From Octopus sinensis (lineage: Eukaryota): a DNA stretch of 64,000 nt. The DNA lies in assembly GCF_006345805.1 (NCBI RefSeq), contig NC_043019.1, forward strand, positions 21,079,360-21,143,359, in the 5' to 3' direction. Within the stretch, counting starts at the first letter, position 1; every line of letters begins with the position of its first letter. The notes under the pieces were generated by a model. The model did no database searches. It was not told the origin of the DNA and worked only from the letters and a program-made list of their open reading frames with translations. Position numbers and translations under genes: made by a program. Shown piece by piece: positions 1-13,140 of the stretch.

Positions 1-266
1 ATGTATGTGTATGTATCCACATGTTAACATACATACACATGCACACACATGTATATGTGTGTATATATAAACAAATAAATGTATCTGTGAATATATGTGT
101 TTACATAGATATATGCATACATATGGCATACACATAATATACACATGCATACAAATATATACACACACACACACATACATAGATACATTCACATACACAT
201 AATATACACATGCATACAAATATATACACATACATACATAGATACATTCAACCACACACACATGGA

Positions 267-303
<37 letters not shown>

Positions 304-830
304 GAATGTATGTATATTCTGTTGACCATTTTGTTATAGTGGAAGAGAGAGTACATTGGTGTTCAACTCATTTAAACATATGAAGCTAAACATTTATACA
401 CACTTGATAACTGTATATAAATAAATTACTTGTATCGCTTTAACACATCCTTACAGATTTATTTCAGACATTTCATATATACACACGCACACGTGCACAC
501 ACACACGTGTGCACACACACACGTGCACACACACACACACACACACATACACACAGCTTGGTTGTGAAGACTGCCTTACCGTGATATGAGGCATTATTTA
601 TATACAACACGTGTGTGTGTTGTATATATGTATGTATATTTATACATACATGTGCTACACGCTTATATAGATACACGTGTGCTACATATATATATATACA
701 CACACATATATACACACACACACATATATACACACACAAACATATATATACACACATACACACACCGATGTACATACATAAATACATATACATGTGTGTG
801 CATGTATATATGTATCAGATGTTTAGTGAC
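1..830. repeat. CA/TA/TG low-complexity microsatellite region
   Basis: Seen directly. Confidence 0.9.
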
Positions 831-1619
831 TATGTTTAAATCGGTTTATCATTTCCCTCTTTCTTTTCTCTCTCTCTTGCTCTCTCTCTCTCTCTCTCTC
901 TCTCTACCATATTTGTTCATTAACAGAATTTTCAACAGAATTTTCACATACCGAAAAAATAAAATTATTTTATGATTTCCCCTAACCGAAACAACTGTAC
1001 AAACAACACTGCTGGAACTAAATTGAATTTTAACATCGTTTAATTGTGAAAAACAAAAAACAAAAACAAAAACAAAAAACAACACCCCCTCCTTTCTTTG
1101 ACTTCTTTTAATAATTTATTAAAAAAAACAAAACAACCCCCCTCCTCAAACTCCCCACTGACTTGATCAATTAACTTTTTAATCATTTTTTGAATTTCAT
1201 GGTTGATGAATCTTTTGTATTGGTGTTTCATGTTAATATTTCTTTCTACATCACTGCACGATAATTTCTCACAACATCACCTCCGTCTCTGGTCCTCTAC
1301 ATGGACACTGCTATGTGTTTTCGTGTTCTTGTCTTCATTTTGTTTTTTAACATTTTTTTTCTCTATATTATTAAGATTATTATTTTATTTCGAAGTTAAA
1401 ACTAACAACCTGATAAACTTGATTTCTGTACTAAAAGGAACTCTGTGAGGTGGGAGAACTTACCTATTCATTACAAATATATATTTGTGTTATTTGAAAA
1501 GCCAAAACAATGTGAGCTACTGAACAAAATCAATGGTTTATACTTTTCATTGTATATGTTGATATTTCGAGGTGAAGAGCCCCTCTTCATGAAAAATAAA
1601 GCCAGCTTGCACACTCTCT

Positions 1620-1825
1620 CTCTTTACTCTTTTACTTGTTTCAGTCATTTGACTGCGGCCATCCTGGAGCACCGCCTTAGTCGAGCAAATCAACCCCAGG
1701 TCTTATTCTTTGTAAGCCTAGTACTTATTCTATCGGTCTCTCTTGCCGAACCGCTAAGTTACGGGGATGCAAACACACCAGCATCGGTTGTCAAGTGATG
1801 TTGGGGGGACAAACACAGACACACA

Positions 1826-1865
<40 letters not shown>

Positions 1866-1988
1866 GAGATAGGGGTTGTATAATCTCATTGCTATTGTGT
1901 AGTGTTTTAATAAAGTATATGATTCGGTACTATCTGATAATTGATGATTGATTTAGATATATTTCTCCATTTTCTCATTTTGTATATA

Positions 1989-2031
<43 letters not shown>

Positions 2032-2186
2032 TACAACGGGCTTCTTTCAGTTTCCGTCTACCAAATCCACTCTCAAGGCTTTGGTTGGCCCGAGGCTATA
2101 GTGGAAGACACTTGCCCAAGGTGCTATGAACTCGGAACCATGTGGTTGGTAAGCAAGCTACTTACCACACAGCCACTCCTGTGCCT
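1620..2186 (-). mobile_element. SINE family 1 with a ~120-bp insert in its internal (TA)n
   Basis: Reverse complement of the family consensus. Confidence 0.85.
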
Positions 2187-3360
2187 ACAAAACAAAAAGA
2201 AACCAGTTTGCAACACCACATTTTTTTATTTACTTTTCTTTAACCCCAAAATATTGACATAGAAAAGTGTAAAACAATTAACTTATCTTATTTCTTATAA
2301 TTTACACTGTTCTGGTTTTTAAAAACATATTTATATACATGTGCATGTGGCGTATTTTGAGATATTATAATTTTTATGTGTAAGTGCAATGACATTCTGC
2401 TGTTACATGTGTAGTAATGGCTTGCTGTCATGCTCTGTGACAGCATGCTGTTATATGCATACCATGTGGCTGGATGGCATCGGAAGCATACTGTTTGGTG
2501 TTAAATGTATAAAATGCACACATTATTTTGCTGAGTGGCAATAAGTGCATTTTGATTGCACCATAGTTGAATGTTTGAGGTACACTCAAGTTTTCAATTT
2601 ATTTCATTCACTATTCCCCTCAGTAATAAATACTGCATCGAAAAGAGAGAGATAACATTTTATTTATTTTTTTTTTTTTTAGATATCGTCATTATATCAT
2701 ATCATATATATTGTATCAAATATCTCATTCTTTATAATGTTTCATAATATCAGTCATGTCATTTGGTTGCTATGGTAACAATCATTGGTCTCTGAATGAA
2801 TGAACAACAGTTCAAAATTTAATTTGTTTCCAACACCATTATCTCAGAAACCCGTCTCTCTTACGCTGTCATTGTGACAATAATGGTAATTGTAGTGATT
2901 GTGGTATTAGTGACAGCATCTATTTACTACAGGTATACCACATACCACCAATTTCCTGGTAACTGAGGGTCCTGCATCCCCTTTTAATCTAGACTAGCAC
3001 TATGACCCAGCAACGCCGGGTCATAATGCTAGTGCATGCATATACAGCTGCGTGCGTGCACACATACACGCGAGTACTGTCCAAATCTCCGACCAATCAC
3101 ATACAGCTAGCTGGCATTCAATTGGCGTATCAAGTTTCGGGCATTTTGATGGGTTTTGGATAGAAAATTCACAAAAACATCACTTCTATTGATTTTTTTA
3201 ATGGCTTTGATGGGTGACTGGGAAAATGTAAAGATGTGCAGGACCACCATTGGACAGTTTTGAATGACCATAGAAAGTGCGAGCCCTCTAACTGAAAAAT
3301 TGTGGATTTGTATAAAGGACACGCACACAGACATTTTGCCGTTTTTATATAGAGAGATAT

Positions 3361-3730
3361 CATCATCATCGTTTAACGTCCGTTTTCCGTGCTAGCACGG
3401 GTTGGACGGTTCGACCAGGGTCTGGGAAGCCAGGGACTGCTCCAGGCTCCAGTCTGATCTGGCAGAGTTTCTACGGCTGGATGCCCTTCCTAATGCCCTT
3501 CCTAACCACTCCGCGAGTGTAGTGGGTGCTTTTTACGTGCCACCCTGCACTGGTGCCAGGGGGGGTCCGGCATCGGTCACGATCGGTTGGAGCTTTTAAC
3601 GTGCCAGCGGCACGGAGGCCAGCCAACTGGCAACGTTCGGATGGTCTTTTGATGTGCCACCAGCACAGGAGCCAGTCGGGGCGACGCTGGCATCGGCCAC
3701 ATTCGGATGGTGCTTTTTATGTGTCACAGA
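3361..3730 (-). mobile_element. SINE-like family 3 (RTE-type GGAAGGGCATCC core, (GAT)n tail, internal tandem units)
   Basis: Starts CATCATCATCGTTTAACGTCC...GATGCCCTTCCTAA, followed by repeated GGTGCTTTTTAYGTGCCACC units. Confidence 0.8.
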
Positions 3731-5016
3731 GATATAGAGATGTGCCACAGAGATATAGAGATGTAATTTTGAGTGGACATATGTTGGATTTTCTTGTGAC
3801 CCACCATTCTAGTTTGCTGATGGTCACAAGTAACGCTGTCCTGTTTTGAATCTTCTGAATATGTAGATTAGTAATAGGCAACCTATAGCTGATGGAACTT
3901 TCTGAATGGTACTCCTTACAGAAAATTACCTTAAATTTTTTTTTCAGAAGTGCAGCCTGCCTGACGATGAGCCATGTCTCATGCAGGCTGCTTTTTGAGA
4001 AACGGTTACCCATGCCTGGTTTAGATATTGGTGGCTGTTATGGTTGCAGTGAGTTTTGGGAAATTTCTAGTTTACTTTGTTCATGTTTATCACCTAACTA
4101 TGGCTGCTATTATCACTGGGATTGTAAAACATAAAGATATGATGCAGGTGAAGTGTTAAGAGAATTGGACCCTGGCACTTCAGTATCAGCCGAAGAATTA
4201 GAACACGACTTTATGATAGAAATGCAAGAACTAGTGACCTTTCATTTGATACATGAAAATCAATAGAGGGGAGAGTTGAAGCATATAAAAGGTCTTCACT
4301 TCAATGATTTATTCAAGGGCATAGCCAAAACTAATGTCTTAGGAGTAGTGGTCTGGTAGCTTCAATTCTTTCAACCTGACATAACCTGAATGTCAGATTG
4401 TGTCCCACCAGTAATAATCATACAACACAACTCAAGCCTTTTATACAGCTGTCAACAGTAAAACAGCCAATTATCCTAGCAAACCTGCTTCTTCAGAATT
4501 TTCTGATTACTTCTATAGGTCCATTTTGGGAGTGGTAAATACAGCAAGATACTGTTTTTAAGAGCAGAATATGTATATGTAGGTGTTTAATTAAAAGTTT
4601 CAATCAATTTATAATGCTTTGGAAATACAAGAGGTGCGTAATTAGTATATCAAAGATATTTCACTGATCACCACGAGTCTGATAGTAGTTCCTATATTCT
4701 TAATATGTTTTTTCAAAGCCCTTGGAAACTGCTCCTAATGCTCCAATTACCACCTGTATCACCATTACTTTCCTCATGCCCCATAACTTTCCTATCTCCT
4801 GCAGTGGCTGGTATTTCTCAATCTTTGCCCCATAACTTTCCTACCTTGTCTCTCTGTGGCTGGCCTGCCCCATAACTTTCGTATCTCATCCCACAGTGGC
4901 TGGTTCTCGTCCCGCATTATTAATATTTACCAGTGAAACACTTGGGTCAATGTAATTGATTAGTCCCCGCTCCCCCAAATTTCAGGCCTCGTGCCTATAG
5001 AAGAAAAGATTGTTAT

Positions 5017-5310
5017 TATTATGAGATCTCTGTTAGCCTGACAAAATGGATAATTTAGCAAAGGCCTGGAACCAAGTGTGCCAGAAAATCGGTGGTGTAC
5101 TATAGGTTGTTACTTGTGATTGATATGTGTTAAATAATATGAAAATGGTTTTAAAAAATGAAATAGTGCTGTGCTGAATTTATCACCACCACCATCATCA
5201 TCATTATTATTATTATTAATAGCAACTGTCTTCATTGTCGTTATCACCATAACAATCCTTGTAAACACCACTTTTTCATTATCATTATCATGTCTGAAAA
5301 ATGCTAAACC
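5017..5310 (+). repeat. About 280-bp dispersed direct repeat, copy 1 (copy 2 at 10880-11154)
   Basis: TATTATGAGATCTCTGTTAGCCTGA...GAAAAATGCTAAAC is present twice, with scattered substitutions and small indels. Confidence 0.9.
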
Positions 5311-5360
5311 TGTTCTAGTTATCATCATTCATATAGGTCATAATCTATTGACATATATAT

Positions 5361-5652
5361 CATCATCATCATTTAGCGTCCGTTTTCCATGCTAGCTTGG
5401 GTTGGACGGTTCAACTGGGTTCTGGGAGGCCAGAAGGCTGCACCAGGCCCAGTCTGATCTGGCAATATTTCTACGGCTGAATGCCCTTCCTAACGCCAAC
5501 CACTCCGTGAGTGTACTGGGTGCTTTTTACATGCCAGACGGGGCTGGCAAACGACCACAGGCGGATGGTGCTTTTTACGTGCCACCGGCATGGGGGCCAG
5601 GCAAGGCTGGCAACGGCCACGATCGGATGGTGCTTTTTATGTGCCACCGGCA
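5361..5652 (-). mobile_element. SINE-like family 3
   Basis: Matches 3361-3730. Confidence 0.8.
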
Positions 5653-6831
5653 CTTCCATGATATTTGGCAATATAGGATGATGACTTAATCTTCATTTCA
5701 TTGAGAATTTGTTATAATCATTAGCATTTATTTGCCACCTTCAATTCCACACATAGTATATTTGTATAAGCTTTGTATGTATGTATGTATGTATGTATGT
5801 GTGTGTGCATATGTGTGTGCCATCATTTAGCATCCCCATTTCCATGCTGGCTTGGTTGGATAGTTTTACATGAACTGACAAACCGAGCTGCAGTCTCTGT
5901 TTTTATATGGTTTCTACAGTTGGATGCCCTTCCTAACATACACATATACATGCACAAATATGCACAAGTCCTTGAGCATGTACACACACACACACATGCA
6001 CACACCCATGGTCATCTTCATGCATTTTTTATTTGTCAATAAAAAAAACACAATTAGAAAAAGTAGCTTTCAATATTTATTCAGTTTGGTTGGTTTGATT
6101 AAACAAGGTGAGCCAAAAGTTACTAAGGGGTTTTAATATTTAATGACTCATATTTTTTCATTTTAAATTTACAACACCACATCATATATAGTACACACAC
6201 ACACAGCATATATGGGAATTAAATGTAGGCTAAGTGTAAAAAAAAATGTAAATAAAAATACAAAAAGAAAGTAATTTAAAAAGAATTTATTAAAATTTTA
6301 GACTCCTTTGTGGCTTTTGGCCCACTCTATAAGATCAAAAATATCTTTAAGTTCTCATTTAAGTATGGGTACAAGAATGGCTGTGGGGTCAAAATTTCAC
6401 TTTGCAACCACTTGGTCTTGGGTTTGCGTCCACTGTGTGGCACCATTGGGTAGGTGTCTTTTAGCATAGTTTTTGTTGACCAATTCTTTGTGAGTGGAAT
6501 TTGGTTGACAAGAAGTTCTGCAGAGGCCTATGAAACTAATATATAAGGCAAAAAAATTTTAAAGTCTGTCTTGATCCAACAGACTCATTAGGCCAGAGCT
6601 TGTTTGAGCTTTTGCGGTGTTTAAGCTATGGAGACTGCAAGACCCTCCACAAGGTAGCACACCAGCCTGTTGCAAGGTTAGCCCTCCTCCTACTGCTACT
6701 GATATGCCATTTCCAGCTGAGTGAACTGGAACGACATGAAATAAAGTGCCTAGCTTAAGGACTCGGCATTCCACTGTCTGAGAATTGATCGCACAACCTT
6801 ACAGTTGTGAAATTAACACCCTAAGGACCAG

Positions 6832-6835
<4 letters not shown>

Positions 6836-6899
<64 letters not shown>

Positions 6900-7007
6900 T
6901 GTCTGTCTGTCTGTCTGTCTCTGTCTCCTCTCTCTCTCTCTCCTCCTCTCTCTCTCCTCCTCTCTCTCCTCTCTCTCTCTCCTCTCCTCTCTCTCCTCTC
7001 TCTCCTC

Positions 7008-7060
<53 letters not shown>

Positions 7061-7091
7061 GTCTCTCTCTCTGTCTCTCTCTCTCTCTCTC
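6836..7091. repeat. (GT)n-(CTGT)n-(CT)n compound microsatellite
   Basis: Seen directly. Confidence 0.97.
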
Positions 7092-7393
7092 AATGCATGT
7101 CAGCAAATGATATAAACACCTGCAAGAAACCTTTAGAGACGAAATTCCTGTATCAAGTTAATGGCATCTCTGTCAGCGATGCTGTCAGAAATGTGGAGCA
7201 GACCAGTGATTGGTCTGTTGGATTTCTGAAATCAACACTGGGCAAATATGGAATAGAAATATTTGCCGAGAGAGAGAGAGTGTTTAAAAGTTTGTACTCT
7301 GAATGATTAATTAGTTATATGTTTGTTTATTTAATTAATTTAAATGTCTGTGTAAAGCTGGTAAAATATGACAGACTGAAGAAGAGACATATC

Positions 7394-7430
<37 letters not shown>

Positions 7431-7596
7431 AACAAACTTTTGTTTTTATTAGAAGCATTTGAATGTGTATGATACAAACAAGAAGGTGATATTTTTTCAA
7501 ATGTAACATTGCTGTTAGAACAGCAGAAATAATGAGTAAATTATCCTTACAGGGCAATGTTATGTTTGAAAATATATATATATATATATATATATA

Positions 7597-7851
7597 TCAC
7601 CGTGATCACCGTGACCGACCAGGCCATCAGATGTTGTTACACATCGCTTGTCACAATGCGCTTCGCATTGTTTTAGCCTTCAAATGACGCCACCCTGCTG
7701 GCTAGGCAAGCAGGCCAACAGAAGAAAGAGTGAGAGAAAGTTGTGGCGAAAGAGTACAGCAGGGACCGCCACCACCCCCTGCCGGAGCCTCGTGGAGCTT
7801 TAGGTGTTTTTGCTCAATAAACACTCGCAACGCCCGGTCTGGGAATCGAAA

Positions 7852-7852
<1 letters not shown>
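7597..7852 (-). mobile_element. SINE family 5, 5'-truncated, inside (TA)n
   Basis: Highly similar to 28560-28812; long (TA)n on both sides. Confidence 0.85.
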
Positions 7853-7900
<48 letters not shown>

Positions 7901-8905
7901 CATTTATATGAAATAATAATAACAACAACAATAATAATAATCATCTGAGTGTTCACTTTTCTTTGCCTGAATGGGCCAGACAGCATCATCTTTTGAGGTA
8001 GATCTTTTATGGTTGGCTGCCTTTACGTTGCCATTTGTTACCTGTTTATAGGCAAGGTAATATTACCCCATAGCTAAGCATGTTTTTCACTGGAAACTGG
8101 AAATGAATGACATTGCTTGTATAACAGTGTACTTATTTACAACTATCATGTAATGTGAAGACCAAGAGACATTTCCCCTATACACAAAATTAGACAATAG
8201 GTTTATTTCAGTTTCTGTCTATCAGATCTACTCACAAGGCTTTGGTCAGCTCGAGGCTTATAGAAGACAGCACCTGTGGTACCTCTGTTCAGTGGAACTG
8301 AACCTGACAGCACATGGTTCAGAAGCAAGTTTCTTAACCACACAGCCATACCTATGCCTTATACAAAAGAATTAACTAACACAAAAACACAAAATCTAAG
8401 TAAAAGAAGGGAGCCATTGATTCATATGGTAAATACTATATACTGACACTTGGATTTTAGCCAAACCATCGAGCGAAGGAGTAGTCACCATTGATGAGCA
8501 TTGGTGTGTGTGGAAATAAAGCCTTACGGCAAGGATACAAGATTTCACAGGCACAGGGAGGAATATAGATGTTACACGGATGATGGCCGAATCAAGAAAG
8601 AATGATCAGGCTTGGCGGAACACTGGTCACATGGGGAGAGAAGAGAGGGAGGTAGAAGCAGAGGGACAGAAGAATTAAGGAGGGTCGAGAAAAAATGTCA
8701 GGGACACAGTGAAGTGAAAAGGGGAGGGAAAGTGAGCAAGAAGAGAAGGTAGGGAAATGTGAGAGAGGGGGAACGATAGAATGAAGAGTGGAATGAATGA
8801 ATGACCGTGAAAGGGCTGATAGAAAGAAAGAATAGAGTTGTACAAGATTTAGATAAATATATACTTACATATAAGAGACCAAAGTATACGTACACTGCTA
8901 TATAT

Positions 8906-8950
<45 letters not shown>

Positions 8951-9247
8951 CAAAATGGGACAAGAGTACAAAACATCTAGACAGTTAGGTGATACAAAAA
9001 AGGGACAAACAGATATAAGTTATTTAGTTCATCAAGCATAATTAGTAATGATCCAAGAGCAACACTTTGTTTTACTCCTTCTTGGGACATTAATCTTTGT
9101 GTATATGGAGGAGAGTTGAACCATTGCAATGAACTGAAGCATTCTGGTAGGCCGAGACATATTTTTAAGAACTACAGATAAAAAAATGTTTGTGATTCAT
9201 GCAATTAAAAGCATTTATATTACTGTGTCTTCAAGCAAAGCTCTGTA

Positions 9248-9309
<62 letters not shown>

Positions 9310-9679
9310 CGCTGTAAATAAATTAAACAGGTTTAGTTCACATGTTAAGATTGACCTTATTTTTTTTTTGTTTTTTTTTTTTGTCCCACTATGATATGGG
9401 TTAATACTACTCCCTTATATCTGCATCCTTACAAATGGTTGGTTCTTTAGGCGTCAGTCATCCAAAGACACTAAAAATTGGTGGTGGTAGGGAGAGGAGT
9501 TAAAGAATTATATTTTTTAGGTCATGTTCTTTTGTATTATTGATTTCTTTTAATTAACTAAATGACATAGCTTCACATTATTATAATTATTACTCAGCGG
9601 AATCATTATAGCATTGGGGTAAATGCTGTGTTATTGGTTCCAGCTTTTTGTCTTGCATCTTTTCAGGGTCATTATTTAA

Positions 9680-9898
9680 CCCTTTAGTGTTCAGATTATT
9701 CTATCAAACATAATGCTAATTGATTCCCATTGATTTGAATTACTCATGCATTATCTCATATCTTCAAGATCTTGATGGTGTAATTACTTAATATAGAATA
9801 ACATTGTAGGGTAGGTGTGAGAGCCTGGATCTGGTCAGTTTGAACATAAAACAGATTAAATATTTTGGCCGGATATGGCCGGTTTAAATACTAAAGGG
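9680..9898. mobile_element. piggyBac-like MITE family B
   Basis: TTAA|CCCTTTAGTGTT...AATACTAAAGGG|TTAA; about 220 bp. Confidence 0.8.
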
Positions 9899-10149
9899 TT
9901 AAAGTACCCACCAAATACTGGGGTCAAAGTAATTGATTATATACCACCCCTCACCTCCAGTTTCTTGCTTTGTGTCTCTTTTAGAAATTAAGGTGGTACA
10001 TTGGTAGAATTGCTCTGTTATAAGCCTTTGAATTAGGCCTCCTCTTTGATGATACCTTCATCTTTCCTTCCACAGCCACCCCCAGTAGTCTCAGAAACCT
10101 TGTAAAATAGTCATGGGCCAAAAAATAAAAAAAACAACAAAAATCAAGA

Positions 10150-10545
10150 TGTAGCTGTGACAGTGTGGTAAGAAGCTTGCTTCCCATCTACATGGTTCAG
10201 GGTTCAGTCACACTGTGTGGCACCTTGGGCAAGTGTCTTCTACTTTAGCTTCAGGCTGACCAAAGCCTTGTGGGTGGATTTGGTAGGCAGAAACTGAAAG
10301 AAGCTCATCGTGTGTGTGTGTGTGTGTGTGTCTTTGTGTCTTTGTTTGTCCCCAGCATCACTGCTTCACAACCAGTGTTGGTGTGTTTACATCTCTCACC
10401 TTAGTGGTTTGACAAAAGTGACTGATAGAATAAGTACTAGGCTTTAAAAAAAAATCAGTCCTGGGGTTGATTTGTTCAATTAAAACCCTTCAATGCAGTG
10501 CTCCAGCATGGCTGCAGTCAAAATGACTGAAGCAAGAATAAAAGA
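10150..10545 (+). mobile_element. SINE family 1, older copy
   Basis: Diverged full-length match. Confidence 0.8.
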
Positions 10546-10599
10546 ATTAGAGGGGATCCCCAAAATGGTAAGGTAGGTAAGGAGAAACTACAGATGGCT

Positions 10600-10878
10600 T
10601 TGGGGCACCACCACCCTCGATCCACCGTCCTAGCAGAATTTGATGTCTTTTCTCCTAGTTATTACTGCCAGTCTGCAATCATTTTAACTACAGACCAACC
10701 AATTGCACTACTCTCAGCCACCTTTCCACTCTCTAACCTTCCTCTTTAAGTGCTACTTGAAGAAGTTGATAGGGTTCGGCCTGACAGGAAAAGCTCTGTA
10801 CCCAAACTGTTCTCCCATGTCCACCACACAACTTCCTTCATAAGTCATTCCCCAAGTAGAGGAAGACTTCTTGATCTA
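10600..10878 (-). mobile_element. Decayed Tx1/L1-like LINE ORF2 C-terminal fragment
   Basis: Frameshifted translation KEVVWWT...FLSGRT/INFFK*HLKRKVR resembles the Tx1/L1 post-zinc-finger K..IW..R region. Family call is from recall. Confidence 0.4.
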
Positions 10879-11459
10879 CTATTATGAGATCTCTGTTAGC
10901 CTGATTAAATGGTTAATTTAGTAAAGGCCTGGAACCAAGAGTGCCTGAAAATCGGTGGTCTACTATAGCTTGTTGTTTGTGATTGATATGTGTTAAATAA
11001 TATGAAAATGGTTTTAAAAAATGTGCTGAATTTATCACCATCATCATCATCATCATTATTATTATAGCAACTGTCTTCATTGTCGTTATCACCATAACAA
11101 TCCTTGTAAACACCACTTTTTCATTATCATTATCATGTCTGAAAAATGCTAAACTAGTTAATGTTCTTATCGCAAAATGAAGGTAGTGGACCCGATCTTT
11201 GCTATAGACTCAGCCAATAGCTGAATGCACCCTTCTTTGATAACAACTGCTTCACATAAACCCAGAAATTGGTCCTTCGTGGTCATTGTATGCAATGATT
11301 TTTGACACTGATACACGACCAAAAATTCAGTGCTGGTGGGGTGGACAAGTAGAGTTGACTTAATAAACAATCATCCCCCAGTACTTGACTGGTATTTATT
11401 TTCACAGCCTCCCCTGCAGGAACAAAAGACAAAGTTGACCTTAGTGAAATTTGAACTAA

Positions 11460-11830
11460 AATAATGATAATAATAATAATATTTTCCTCTGTTAACCACT
11501 GAGGGGTCACATAAAAACATGGGGACGGTACAGGACAATACAATACAAATAAAGCGAGACTGAAATGTATAAACAAAAGAATAATGATAAAAATTCTAAT
11601 AATTAAAATCCTCAAAAAGGGAGACTTCCAAAAAGGCTCATGGAATCCCCACAAACCATGATCACCCTGACCTTTAGGGCAAGTGTTCTCTCCTCTTCAT
11701 TTATCCTCAATCTAGAAGCACATGCTTAGAGCAGGCTCGCCCACTTGGTTCATTCACACTACATTCACCCACCTTTTAACAAAATTGCTGCAAGGCAGCT
11801 CTTCCCTCTCTGCACTTGATAAGGGCTTGG
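11460..11830 (-). mobile_element. Tx1/L1-like LINE 3' end with 3'UTR
   Basis: SNFVKRWVNV...LSM* (F..RW motif), then a T-rich 3'UTR ending in a (TAT)n tail. Confidence 0.45.
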
Positions 11831-12916
11831 CCAAAGAGGAAATGATAATAATAATTGTTTAGTGTCCTCTTTTCCCTGCTTGCATGGGTTGGATTGAGTT
11901 TGGATTATTTTCATCATCAGCTTCATCACCACCATCACCATCTTTCTCCCTGTATTCAAATGATGGCATGGGTTGGATGGGTCTGCTGCACAGTATATAC
12001 CATTACTTATTTTCATCTCAGAAAAATAATAAACCCTTCCCTGGTCATCATCAAGTTTGAACCCATCACTATCCTTATGTCTTCTAATAACCTTCAGATT
12101 AAAATATAGTCCACCATCCCTAATTTAACACCATTATCTAGTCCTTGGGGGCTTTCGTTAGGCTTCACACTGTTGCAAACATTTTGACCAGAACCTCTGG
12201 AGTTTTCCATATTTGTGCATTTCCTGAAGATGTTCAAGCTGGAACTGAGAACTGACTCTACCAGTGTGAGAAAGAAACTCTGCAAAAATCAGGACGCTGC
12301 CCCTTCCCACCACCATCGCTTTTCACTTATAAATTTACTGAAAAATACACCCCCTCCCACCTAAAAAACAACTTGTACTGTCAGTACACAGTACAGTATT
12401 AATCAGCAACCATCCACAACACATCATGCATTCATAACAGTGCAAATAACCCTTCCCATTACAGGCCAGTTGATTATCCAACTGCTCCTGTTTTCATTCA
12501 CCTTTAAGTCTTCTATCTGACTTGTTATTTAACAAGGCATATTCTAGCTGACTCATTTACCTGACTCATTTCTCACCAGCTTCCATAGATCCTAATATTC
12601 ATTACCATATGTGTCACTATTGCACTATCGAACTACCATTCATTCACACAATGCATCCTTCATACAATCTGTCTTATAAAACCCCTCTTTCTGCAGAAAT
12701 CAGATATATCCACTCAAAACTTTGTTACCCTTTACTGTGGAAAGCTGTTTTATGCACCAATCTATCATTTGTTGAGGAATGTTATGTTTGAAATGATTTT
12801 TTGTTGAGATATATCAAGTTTATTGAAGCAACATGATTTGCAGAAAATACCAATTCTATTTTTGGTTGATATTTAACATCAATTACTGGAATAATCATGT
12901 GGTTTAATTTTGCAGT

Positions 12917-13140
12917 TGTGGAGGTGCGTGGCTTAGTGGTTAGGGTGTCAGCATCATGATTGTAAGATTGTGGTTTTGATTCCTGGACAGGGCGACGCGT
13001 TGTGTTCTTGAGCAAAACACTTCATTTCACCTTGCTCCAGTCCACTCAGCTGGCAAAAATGAGTAACGCTGTGATGGACTGGCGTCCCGTCCAGCTGGGG
13101 AACACATATGCCATAGAAACCGTGAACCTGGCTAGACTTT
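12917..13140 (+). mobile_element. SINE family 4 relative (same head and core, different 3' part)
   Basis: TGGCTTAGTGG...TTTGATTCC then TGTGTTCTTGAGCAAAACACTT. Relatives lie at about 6560-6830, 24945-25072, 35140-35270, 55705-56025 and 57880-58150. Confidence 0.78.

Noticed and set aside
3952-4010. CTGACGA inside a hairpin (gcagcctgc...gcaggctgc) with a downstream GAAAC
   Set aside because: GAAA does not follow stem II, so the topology is not a hammerhead. The T-run after the hairpin is not meaningful as a bacterial terminator in animal DNA.
8420-9015. Possible Penelope-like 3' region; also an unclassified repeat-like block at 21860-22335
   Set aside because: They look repeat-derived, but no diagnostic motif could be read, so they were left unassigned.
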